64,000 nucleotides of DNA from assembly GCA_030429765.1 (NCBI GenBank), contig JAUIER010000016.1, positions 38,017-102,016 of the forward strand, in the 5' to 3' direction. The number at the start of each line of letters is the position of its first letter. Within the stretch, counting starts at the first letter, position 1. This document shows positions 1 through 9,500 of the stretch, one piece after another. This DNA comes from a bacterium (lineage in GTDB: Bacteria > Omnitrophota > Gorgyraeia > Zapsychrales > Zapsychraceae). Under the pieces are notes generated by a model. It saw only the letters and a program-made list of their open reading frames with translations, had not been told where the DNA came from and did not search any database. A program made the position numbers and the translations under genes.

Positions 1-1
1 G

Positions 2-3000
2 GACTTTGACGGTTCACGACGCGTCTATCTGGAATCCAACCGGAATGTGACCGGCAGTTGGCGGCGGGAATTGCAGCCGGCCACGTTTGTGGAAAATCGC
101 GGCGGTCGCGCGGTTTACGAATTCAAAGTCCGGGCCCAGCGAAGCTTCGACTACAACTTTGTGTTTGTCAATGCCGACGGAACCGAGGAGTGGACGGATA
201 TTCCTTTTGGAAATCACACGGTTGAAGTCAAGAAACAGTATACGGCCGATGTTGTCTTTGTGGGGATGGAGCACAAACTCTTCGCGAAGGTTGGTGGATT
301 GGCGGATGTCATGCATAGTCTTCCCCGGGCGTTTGCCAAGTCCGGCAATGACACCACCGTTATCCTGCCACATTTTAAAAATTTAGACTATCAACTGGAA
401 GAATATGGATTCGAGGATGTGCCGGGTTTTGAGATTGAGATTCCTTTTAGACAAAGAGACAATGTTCGCCTGAAGGCCAAGCAGGCAATCGTCGAGGGAG
501 TCAAAGTCTATATTCTTGACGCCGAGACCGATGACTTATTCGGACAAATTTATAAAGATAACCGTAATATCTTTTTAGAATCTATCTTATTGTCACGTGG
601 CTCATTAGAGCTGCTCAGACATCTGGGCCGTCCGGTCAGTGTCATTAACTCCGCGGATCATCACGCCGCATTGGTTCCCCTATATATGGAAACCTTGTAT
701 AAGGATGACTTTAGTGAGACGGGTAGTGTTTTCACGATTCATAACTTTAGAAGTCAGGGAGATTATCCGCTCGAATGGTACGAAGAACTGGGTATGCCGT
801 TCGATGATGAATTGTATTATTCGTTCGCCAAGTATGGGCGAATCAATATGTTGAGCGTGCCCGGTGAGCTTTTACATCGGGTTGGAAAGGGGCATTACGT
901 TAATACTGTAAGCCAAGGTTATGCGCAGGAAATCCGTGAGGTGTTCTCGGATGTGGCTAATCTATACAGTGAGGCCGGTATACGTTTCGGCGGAATACTC
1001 AACGGGTTGGATTTTGAGGCCTGGGATCCTAACACCGATCCCAACATTGCCCGTAATTATTCATTGAGTGACGGGGCCGAATCCATTAAGGCCGCGCGCG
1101 AGCGGAACAAGAAGGAACTTCAATGGATTCTCTCACCAGAGGGAGACAAATCCTTAATCAAGCTTAAGGATCCGGCCAATGTTCACGGGGAGCTCACGAC
1201 CGAATCGGATCGTTTATTGGTGGGGGTGGTATCACGTCTGGATTCGCAAAAGCAGATTGATATCATCGCTGATATGCTCGAAGACATGTACGCCGGACGA
1301 CGGCCCGCATTGAATATTGACGTGCTAATAAATGGAACCGGTGATCCGGCTTTAACGCAGCGGCTTGCCGAAATCGCGTCGGACGCGCGTAAGCACAATA
1401 TCGGTATCTCGGTTGTATTTGTCAATGAGTACCTGCAGGTCTTGACCCAAAAGCTAATGGCGGGGGCGGATGTGCTTTTGATTCCATCCTATTTTGAGCC
1501 ATCCGGATTGACACAGATGCAGGCGATGCGCTACGGGGCTGTACCGGTTGTTCGACGGACAGGAGGGTTGGCTGATACGGTTTTCGAAGATCCCGAGCAT
1601 TGGAACGGATTTGTCTTCGAGGGCGCGGACCGGCTGCTTCATGATGAAGTCGAGGATATGAACCGACGCAAGATCAACACCTCGGGATTGTATGACGCGG
1701 TTTCCCGGGCGCAGGATGTTTATTACAATGATCCCGAAACATGGACAACAATTGTCGAGCAGGGAATGTCCGAAGAAAACGACTGGAACCGCAGCCTGAA
1801 CGATTACATGAATGTCTATGGATGGCTTTATGATGAGCGTCATCAGGATGTGCGGGGCGGGACGATATTGTCGGGTGACCAGGTTGTTAAAGACAAAGAC
1901 ACAGTGGTGCTTCGCGTCGCGGCGCACAGCCGCAGCAAGTCCCGTCGGGTGTATCTGCATTCCAACCGTAACGTGCTGGGCGAATGGGTTACAGACAAAA
2001 CTCCCGCGCGCTACGTCGAAACCATCGACGGGCAGGATATTTTTGAAGTCGAAGTCCAGGCGCGCCGAAATTTCGAATATACATTTGCCTTTGATTACGG
2101 CAACGATGATATTGTCTTTCTGGAACATAGTGAAGGCTATCCCAAGGTCACCATTGAGTCTGAGTTTACGGGAGCGGTGGCGTTTGTCGGCATGGAGTTT
2201 GGACCGCTCGTGAAAGTCGGCGGACAGGGTGATGTGATGTTTGAATTACCCAAGGCTTTGGTCAAATCCAACAAAGAGGTAGCCGTGGTGCTGCCAAAGT
2301 TTGACATACTTGAAGAAAAGTTGGCGGGTAAGGAGTTGGTCGAGATTGAAGATTGGAAGATGACGATTCCGTTTGAATATCGGGACGATGTCACGTTGCG
2401 GGCGTATGAAACGGATCTCGATGGTGTCAGGGTCATACTTATTGACGCTGATGCGCCGGATTTATTTATCCGGCCATATAATGTGGCTGAGGATGGTTCT
2501 CGCGATAGCGAATTTTATGAATCTATTTTATTGTCGCGGGGAAGTCTTGACGTACTACGGCATTTGAAGCGCGCAGGCAGTCTCGATGTTGATGTTATCA
2601 ATTCGGCGGACCATCATACGGCGCTGATCCCGCTTTACATGCGGCATACCTATGCCGAAGATTTCGCACGCACCGGCAATGTGTTTACGATCCATAATAT
2701 CGGCTATCAAGGTCGTTATGAACCGGAAATGTATTCGGAACTTGGGTTGGACGAATCGTTGCGGGATATGGTGCAAATCGGCGACGAGCTAGTTTTTATG
2801 GGGGTTCCACCCACCGTGATCAACCGATTAGGCAAGGAAGGCAACTATATCAATACCGTCAGTTCCAGTTATGCCAAGGAAACGCGACCGACACAGTTTG
2901 GACTGAACACGTCAGTGTTGCAATCTGTGGGCAATCGCTACGGCGGAATTCTGAACGGACTAGATTTTGACGTGTGGGATCCGGCCACGGATAAAATGAT

Positions 3001-6000
3001 CCACACCAACTACAGCATTACCGATGGCATGGACGCGGTATTGGAAGCCCGGGCGCAGAATAAACGCGAACTACAGGAGATACTTTCCGGCGAGGGTGAC
3101 CTCAGCGAGATCGGGATCAAGGATCTCAAGAATTTTAGCGGTCGGTTACGGGTGGGGTCGGATCGCATGCTTGTCGGGCTGGTTTCCAGATTGGTAGGGC
3201 AGAAGCAGATTGATATTATCGCCGACATGATTGATGACATGCTCAATGGCCGCAAAGAACAAATATCGGTCGATTTTGTTCTCAACGGTACCGGCGACTC
3301 GGATATCGAACAGCGATTGGCGGAGCTGGCAAAGAAAGTTGAAGAGGCGGGGTTAGACATGTCCTTTGCGTTTGTGAATGAATATCTTCAACCGGTCACA
3401 CAGAAGATTATGGCGGGCGCCGATGTGGTCCTGGTTCCGTCGGACTATGAGCCGAGTGGATTGACTCAAATGCAGGCCATGCGTTACGGGGCGGTGCCGG
3501 TTGTGCGTAATACCGGTGGATTAGCGGATACAGTCCATGAGCTGGGAGATAACTGGAGCGGTTTTGTCTTCGATGGTGTGCCGCGATTACTGGAGAATCC
3601 TGACGTCGATCAACGCCGTCGTCAGCAGAATGCCGATGATCTGTTCCTGGCCATCCGACGGGCGAATGAGGTTTATGTCAATGATCGTGAGCAGTGGCAT
3701 AAAATCATCAATACGGCGATGCGCGCGGAAAACGACTGGTCGCGCAGTTTGGGTGACTATCTCAATGTGTACACGTGGCTCACTGATGAGTTAAAACGTA
3801 AGGCCGATCCGGGCTTTGCGAAGATGTCCCGTACATTGTCGGCCAGTTATCAGGAATATCTGCGATCTGATCCTGAGCCCGGACGACCATTTGTCGTCGC
3901 GGTCAAAGGTAATTATGCCAGCGGCAAGTCAATGATGCGGCGGGCGCTGATGGATGAATTGGAAAAATTCGGACTGGTCGTCGATTTTGTCCACGATGAA
4001 TTTTATTTTGATGATCCAGCCGGTTACCACAGCATCGCTGATGCCGTTCGGTTGAAGAATGGTGTCAACATTCTGATTTATGAAATTGAACGGTATTTGC
4101 CGACGGGCGCCGATGAGATTGATATGTACATAGAGACCCGTAGCGAATTATCAACGGTCAAGCGTCGTATTGCGGCTGACAGCAAGAAATGGGAGGACCT
4201 GGAAGAACGGGTCCTGGCCAGCATGTCGGCTGAAGGGTTTAGCGCGTTGACGCCGGATGTCAGTATTCAGTTGGACACTCAATTAACGGATGACGAGTTT
4301 CGCGAATTCATCGGTGAGGGACTGGTGGAGATGAGCTTTACCAAAGCCCCGCCGGCCCGAGATTCCACGGCCAATGCGCGGTTGATGTCAGATACTCCCG
4401 CTGAGCTCACCAAAGAACGCCTTCGGGGGATTATCGAGCAACGGATGCCGTCGCGAACCAGTGGTGTATTGACGCATGTCAGTTCCTTGGACAGCGAATA
4501 CGGCATTGGTGACTTTGGTCCTTCAGCCCGCCGGTTTGTAGATTTTCTCATCGCGTCCAATCAGGATGTCTGGCAGGTTCTGCCACTGAATCCGACCGAC
4601 GCGGAGTTTAATCACTCCCCGTACAGCAGTGATTCCTCATTTGCGCTTAATCCATTGTTTGTGAGTCCAGACGATCTGGTTGAAATGGGTGTGTTGTCAT
4701 CCGAACAGATCACGAAATTCAGACGGCCGAATAATCGATTTGTCGACTACGACGCGGTCTCGGCTAACAAGCGGGAAATGCTTCGGCTGGCGTTTGACCA
4801 GCGTGAAGACGGACCCGGTGTGGTGCAGAAGTTTAAACGATTCAAAGCGCTTCACCGTGACTGGCTGGATCGATACGTGATGTACAGGGCGATCAGTGCG
4901 GCGCATGAAGGCCGGTCCTGGAATGAGTGGCCTGAAGGTCTGCGGGATCGACGGGCCAAAGCGTTGGTCGATTTCCGTGTTGATCATAAAGATGAAATTG
5001 AGTACTACGCGTTCGAACAGTTTTTGTTGTTTGAGCAATGGGGTAAGCTTCAAAAATATGCGCAGAAGGCGGGGGTCAAGATTCTGGGGGATCTTCCGTT
5101 GTATGTCAGTTATGACAGTGCTGATGTGTGGTCGAATAAAGAATTGTTTAATCTCGACGATGATTACAATCCAATCACTATATCCGGTGTGCCTCCGGAC
5201 GCCTTCAGCGCGGACGGACAGAAGTGGGGACATCCGACCTTTCATTGGCGTCGTATGCAGGCAAATGGATACCGTTGGTGGATGGAGCGAATCGCGCATA
5301 ATTTGCAGCTGTATGATCAGGTCCGCTTGGATCATTTCCGCGGACTGGTTCAGTACTGGTCTATTCCGGCCGATGCTGAGTCAGCCAATGCCGGGCATTG
5401 GGAACAGGCTGGAGATCAACACTTCTTCAGCTTGATAATTCAGCGTTTTGGCGTGGGACGTTTGATTGCTGAAGATTTGGGTGAGATCACACCGGACGTC
5501 ATAGAGGTACTCGAGCAGCTGGGTATCCGGCGCATGAAGATTCTTCAGTTTGGATTTGACGGTGAAAATCTCAGGGACAATACGTTTTTCCCGGAAAATT
5601 ATGACGAGAATTCCGTCGCCTACACCGGAACGCATGACAATAACACGATTCGCGGATGGTTCCGTCACGAACTTGGCGATCAAGCCCGTGAGAATCTACA
5701 ACGATTTCTGGGTAAAGATTTGATGGAGGAGCAGATCCACTGGGACATTATCCAGGCGGCGATGCGCTCGGGCGCTGAGACCGTGATCTTTCCACTGCAA
5801 GATGTATTCGGACTGGATGAATCCTCACGCATGAATTTGCCAGGGGTTGCCGCAGGTAACTGGACCTGGAGGATCAGCAGTGCGGATATGGATGCCGACA
5901 CCGTGCGGGAATTGGGAACGCTCAAGGCCACCACCCGTCCACCGCAGATAAAGTTGATGCGATCGGTCGGTATGAATCTGGTGAGCCGGGCGAGTAAATT

Positions 6001-6538
6001 CTTACGCGACAATAACTATGACGCACTGGCCCAAGAGCTAGAGCAGTTCAGCCGGCAGAATCGGATCAGAGAATGGGACTTCCGGCGTTTTGCCGCGGCG
6101 ACCTACAAAGATGATAACAATACAGAGTACATTTTGACTTCATCTGTTGATAGTGACGGTAAGAGGCTATCTGAAACTCAAAGGATTGCCAATTTGATCT
6201 TTGCTATCGGGGCCACGCAGAATTTTAATTTGGATGTGGATGTCAATGAGCGTCGTATGCAGGCCTATCTGGATCGTGCGATGAGCGCGGATACGGATGT
6301 CGGGGGGATCGATTTGAATCCGGATCTCATTCAACTGAACGTTGAGGGTGAGATGCCGTCCAATAATGCATTGAAGTACCCGTATGAGCTGCCGGTTCCC
6401 GTCGACATCAAGGGATTTGTGCCGGTAATTATTCAGATATCACCCGTACCGAACATACTCAATTATATGGGTGTAAACCTTCAACCCGGTGAGGTGCCGG
6501 GATACAATGATCAGCAACGGCTTTCGGCCGTTCGTTAA
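2..6538 (+). CDS. Giant multidomain alpha-glucan biosynthetic enzyme, 5'-partial. Domains in order: a starch-binding-like beta-sandwich, a glycogen/starch synthase GT5 module, a second beta-sandwich, a second GT5 module, a P-loop domain, a 4-alpha-glucanotransferase GH77 (amylomaltase) and a C-terminal module.
   Basis: There is no in-frame stop between nt 2 and the GTG at 47. The upstream frame reads SRRVYLESNRNVTGSW, which matches the internal repeat SRRVYLHSNRNVLGEWV at ~nt 1940, so the gene continues off the window. Glycogen-synthase motifs occur twice: KVGGLADV and KVGGQGDV, FTIHNFRSQG and FTIHNIGYQG, and EPSGLTQMQAMRYGAVPVVR(R/N)TGGLADTV. GH77 motifs are present: YGIGDFGP, WQVLPLNPT, SPYSSDSSFALNPLF, LDHFRGL, IAEDLGEITPDV, YTGTHDNNT and GNWTWR. 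Confidence 0.85.
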   Translation, partial: DFDGSRRVYLESNRNVTGSWRRELQPATFVENRGGRAVYEFKVRAQRSFDYNFVFVNADGTEEWTDIPFGNHTVEVKKQYTADVVFVGMEHKLFAKVGGLADVMHSLPRAFAKSGNDTTVILPHFKNLDYQLEEYGFEDVPGFEIEIPFRQRDNVRLKAKQAIVEGVKVYILDAETDDLFGQIYKDNRNIFLESILLSRGSLELLRHLGRPVSVINSADHHAALVPLYMETLYKDDFSETGSVFTIHNFRSQGDYPLEWYEELGMPFDDELYYSFAKYGRINMLSVPGELLHRVGKGHYVNTVSQGYAQEIREVFSDVANLYSEAGIRFGGILNGLDFEAWDPNTDPNIARNYSLSDGAESIKAARERNKKELQWILSPEGDKSLIKLKDPANVHGELTTESDRLLVGVVSRLDSQKQIDIIADMLEDMYAGRRPALNIDVLINGTGDPALTQRLAEIASDARKHNIGISVVFVNEYLQVLTQKLMAGADVLLIPSYFEPSGLTQMQAMRYGAVPVVRRTGGLADTVFEDPEHWNGFVFEGADRLLHDEVEDMNRRKINTSGLYDAVSRAQDVYYNDPETWTTIVEQGMSEENDWNRSLNDYMNVYGWLYDERHQDVRGGTILSGDQVVKDKDTVVLRVAAHSRSKSRRVYLHSNRNVLGEWVTDKTPARYVETIDGQDIFEVEVQARRNFEYTFAFDYGNDDIVFLEHSEGYPKVTIESEFTGAVAFVGMEFGPLVKVGGQGDVMFELPKALVKSNKEVAVVLPKFDILEEKLAGKELVEIEDWKMTIPFEYRDDVTLRAYETDLDGVRVILIDADAPDLFIRPYNVAEDGSRDSEFYESILLSRGSLDVLRHLKRAGSLDVDVINSADHHTALIPLYMRHTYAEDFARTGNVFTIHNIGYQGRYEPEMYSELGLDESLRDMVQIGDELVFMGVPPTVINRLGKEGNYINTVSSSYAKETRPTQFGLNTSVLQSVGNRYGGILNGLDFDVWDPATDKMIHTNYSITDGMDAVLEARAQNKRELQEILSGEGDLSEIGIKDLKNFSGRLRVGSDRMLVGLVSRLVGQKQIDIIADMIDDMLNGRKEQISVDFVLNGTGDSDIEQRLAELAKKVEEAGLDMSFAFVNEYLQPVTQKIMAGADVVLVPSDYEPSGLTQMQAMRYGAVPVVRNTGGLADTVHELGDNWSGFVFDGVPRLLENPDVDQRRRQQNADDLFLAIRRANEVYVNDREQWHKIINTAMRAENDWSRSLGDYLNVYTWLTDELKRKADPGFAKMSRTLSASYQEYLRSDPEPGRPFVVAVKGNYASGKSMMRRALMDELEKFGLVVDFVHDEFYFDDPAGYHSIADAVRLKNGVNILIYEIERYLPTGADEIDMYIETRSELSTVKRRIAADSKKWEDLEERVLASMSAEGFSALTPDVSIQLDTQLTDDEFREFIGEGLVEMSFTKAPPARDSTANARLMSDTPAELTKERLRGIIEQRMPSRTSGVLTHVSSLDSEYGIGDFGPSARRFVDFLIASNQDVWQVLPLNPTDAEFNHSPYSSDSSFALNPLFVSPDDLVEMGVLSSEQITKFRRPNNRFVDYDAVSANKREMLRLAFDQREDGPGVVQKFKRFKALHRDWLDRYVMYRAISAAHEGRSWNEWPEGLRDRRAKALVDFRVDHKDEIEYYAFEQFLLFEQWGKLQKYAQKAGVKILGDLPLYVSYDSADVWSNKELFNLDDDYNPITISGVPPDAFSADGQKWGHPTFHWRRMQANGYRWWMERIAHNLQLYDQVRLDHFRGLVQYWSIPADAESANAGHWEQAGDQHFFSLIIQRFGVGRLIAEDLGEITPDVIEVLEQLGIRRMKILQFGFDGENLRDNTFFPENYDENSVAYTGTHDNNTIRGWFRHELGDQARENLQRFLGKDLMEEQIHWDIIQAAMRSGAETVIFPLQDVFGLDESSRMNLPGVAAGNWTWRISSADMDADTVRELGTLKATTRPPQIKLMRSVGMNLVSRASKFLRDNNYDALAQELEQFSRQNRIREWDFRRFAAATYKDDNNTEYILTSSVDSDGKRLSETQRIANLIFAIGATQNFNLDVDVNERRMQAYLDRAMSADTDVGGIDLNPDLIQLNVEGEMPSNNALKYPYELPVPVDIKGFVPVIIQISPVPNILNYMGVNLQPGEVPGYNDQQRLSAVR

Positions 6539-6576
6539 CATATAGCTGTATAGACCAATTATCAGGAGACCAGACC

Positions 6577-9500
6577 ATGTCAAACGTATCTAAAAATCAA
6601 AAATTTAAAATTTGGGCCGCAGCCGCCCGGCTGATCATTGCGATGACGTTTATGCTATCGTCCGTAATGCCGGCAGGAATGGCGTTGGCGGACATTGATC
6701 GTTCAACGCTGGACAATATGAATATGGTACAGCCCGGCTCAATCGTCCGGCTGAGCGAGGCCTTTGAACCGGTCGTTCTTAAAGGGATCAATATTCGACC
6801 GGACCAGCCGTACACATTTGACTTTTTGGTCGATACCAACGGACACGACATGTCCGACGCCGAGTTTGAAGCGGAGTCGCAGAAGTTGATTAAGTATTTT
6901 TTGGCGTCGCTGACCATCCCCGAACAGGATATGTGGGTCAACTTGTCGCCATACGAAGCCAATCGCATGATCCCTGAAAGTTTTGGTCAAACCGAGATGG
7001 GACGTGATTTGCTGGCGCAGGATTATATGCTCAAGCAATTGACGGCTTCCTTGATGTATCCGGAAGATGAGTTAGGTCAAAAATTCTGGTCGCGGGTGCA
7101 AGACCTGGCGAACGAACAGTTCGGTACGCATGAACTGCCGATGAAGACATTTAACAAGGTCTGGATCGTTCCCGAGCAGGCGCGGGTTTATGAACATGAA
7201 CGCGGCGCGGTTGTGGTTGAGAGTTACTTGAATGTCATGTTGGAAGAGGATTACCTGGCGCTGGAAGCCAACGCAGGACGCACCAATCATGGTCTTGGTG
7301 ATGTCAGTGCGGATGAGCTGGTATCCAAGCAGGATGTATCCACGCGGGTAATCCGCGAGATTATTATACCTGAGATCGAACGTGAAGTGAACTCGGGTGA
7401 AACCTTTGCGAATCTCCGACAAATCTACAACTCGATGATCCTGGCAGTCTGGTACAAACGGGTCCTCAAAGAAAGTCTGTTAGGACAGATCTACATGGAC
7501 AAAGGTCGTGTCGAGGGAATTGCCCAGCCGAGTATTGAAGACAACCAAAAAATTTATGACATGTACGTCGAGGCGTTTAAGCGCGGTGTTTACAATTACA
7601 TCAAGGAAGATGTGGATCCGGCGACGAATCAGGTTGTCCCGCGGCAATATTTTTCCGGCGGTGCAGTCCCAATTACAGATCAGGCCGTGCTCGTCGAGCG
7701 CACAACCGCCGAAGAAACGCGGGCTGAACTGGAGCGAAGTCAAGTCCGGATGCTGACTGTCCGTATGGGACGTGTTCCGGACGTTAAACAAGACTACGCG
7801 GTGCTGGCGCAGGATCCTGAGCTTCAGCAGTTCTTAAGTGAGATTCGCGAGCCATCGAATAACGCCTTTACGGATATTTCGTTAGAAGCGGCGATCGCGG
7901 AACTCGAAGGTGAGGCCGAAGGAGCGCTCGGTAAAGGCGGTTTGGGATTCCTGACCGGTGATACGTGGGGAGCCTACAAGCATCTGAGTACGTATAGAGG
8001 TCTGGGCGTCATGCCATTGTATGATCGTCATTATAATCCCGGATCTGAATCGATTGATTGGGACAATCAGCCAGGCATTAAGCCGTTTATAGATCAATCG
8101 ACCGGAGAAGTTTTAACGTTCAATGTGGATTTCAATCTAGGCAGTTTTCCGGTTCAGATCTATTGGGTTAACCGAAACGGGATGCCAGTCTTTCTGATCC
8201 GCTCCGCCGACTTTTTCGGACAATTGTATCCCGGGGGCAACGCGCAGAAGCAGCAGTACGGTTTCTTGGCGCGAGCTTATGTGGAGCTCATGAAGAAACT
8301 GGAGATTGCTCCAAAGATTGTACGCTTAAGTGAGGGGCAGCTGGTTTTTGTTGGAACGGCTATGAAGAATGACGTGAAACATTTTAAAAATAATGGCGGT
8401 GAGAGTGTCTTTGACCAGGCCAAGATCGTATTTACAACGCATACGCCCGAAGCAGCGGCGTTGCCGATCTTTTATGACCTGGATGAGCTTGAGAATTTGG
8501 TCGGGCGGGATTTGTTCGAAGATATCATCGAGAATGGTCGAGTCAATGCAGCCAAGGCCCTGGCCGACATGGCGGATATCGTCAACGGTGTATCTGAAGA
8601 GCATGGTTCTGTAACCAAGGTTGCCGTGTTGCCCGAGTTCCGCAACAAAACCACTGCGATTCAAAACGGTAATGAAGAGGCGACGTGGTATTCCGGCCGA
8701 TTACGCGAGCATGTGGAAACAGTCGGGCTGGCCAATGTTACCGGTAAGGATCTCTTTGATATCGGCACAGAGATCAAACAAAATGATCTACAGCAATTGT
8801 TGCAGGATGAGTTCGGTGTAAAGTTTGCCGATCCGTCGAGGCCTCTGGTCGGTCTTGTTCGTCGACTGGTCGCTTATAAGGAACAGCAGATGTTCATTCC
8901 ATTGGTGAAATGGATTGTAGGTGACCCGAACAAGGATTACTACCATGATGAAACCGGTGACTATCTCGGCAAAGGGCTGGGAGCGAACCTCTTGATCGGA
9001 GGGCATTCGCTGGACGATGTCTCGCCGGTTTGGGTGCGTGAGTTCCGCCGGTTGATGCAGGAAGAAGATGTCAAAGGTAAGTTTCTTTATGTGGCCGGTA
9101 CCGGAATTGAATTGCGAAAACTGGCGGTAGCCGGTTCTGATATCTGGGTCAGTATTCCACGACCGACGCGTGAGGCTTCCGGAACCTCGGATGGAGCCGC
9201 TGCCCTGAATGGAACCGTCAATATTGCCACGGCAACGGGCGGTCCGCTGTCCTATATTAAGCATCGAAAAAATGGATGGCTTATCGATGTGTTTGCCGGA
9301 CAATCGCTGGATAATGTCACCCTGCGGTTTGATCAGGGGGATCACGATATTATCAAGGAATTTCAGTATGAAGGCGGAAGACAGCTGGCGACCGCACTGC
9401 GCGAATCGACCGAACGCCTAAACGATTACACGAGGCGCGGAAACACAGAGTGGTTAAAAACCATGCGCGCGTCGTTTACCGCGTCGCATCGTGAGGTGTC

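Noticed and set aside
87-386. Alternative-frame ORFs nested in real genes, for example 87-386, 19631-20068 and 25463-25897
   Set aside because: They overlap the conserved-motif frame of the host gene and have no independent support.
1454-2128. A 224 aa ORF on the minus strand inside the synthase gene. Similar antisense ORFs occur at 4697-5335, 12163-12933, 44652-45188 and 59113-59562.
   Set aside because: They lie entirely antisense to long, well-supported genes with conserved motifs. They have no RBS or recognisable domains, which is typical of spurious ORFs in GC-balanced coding DNA.
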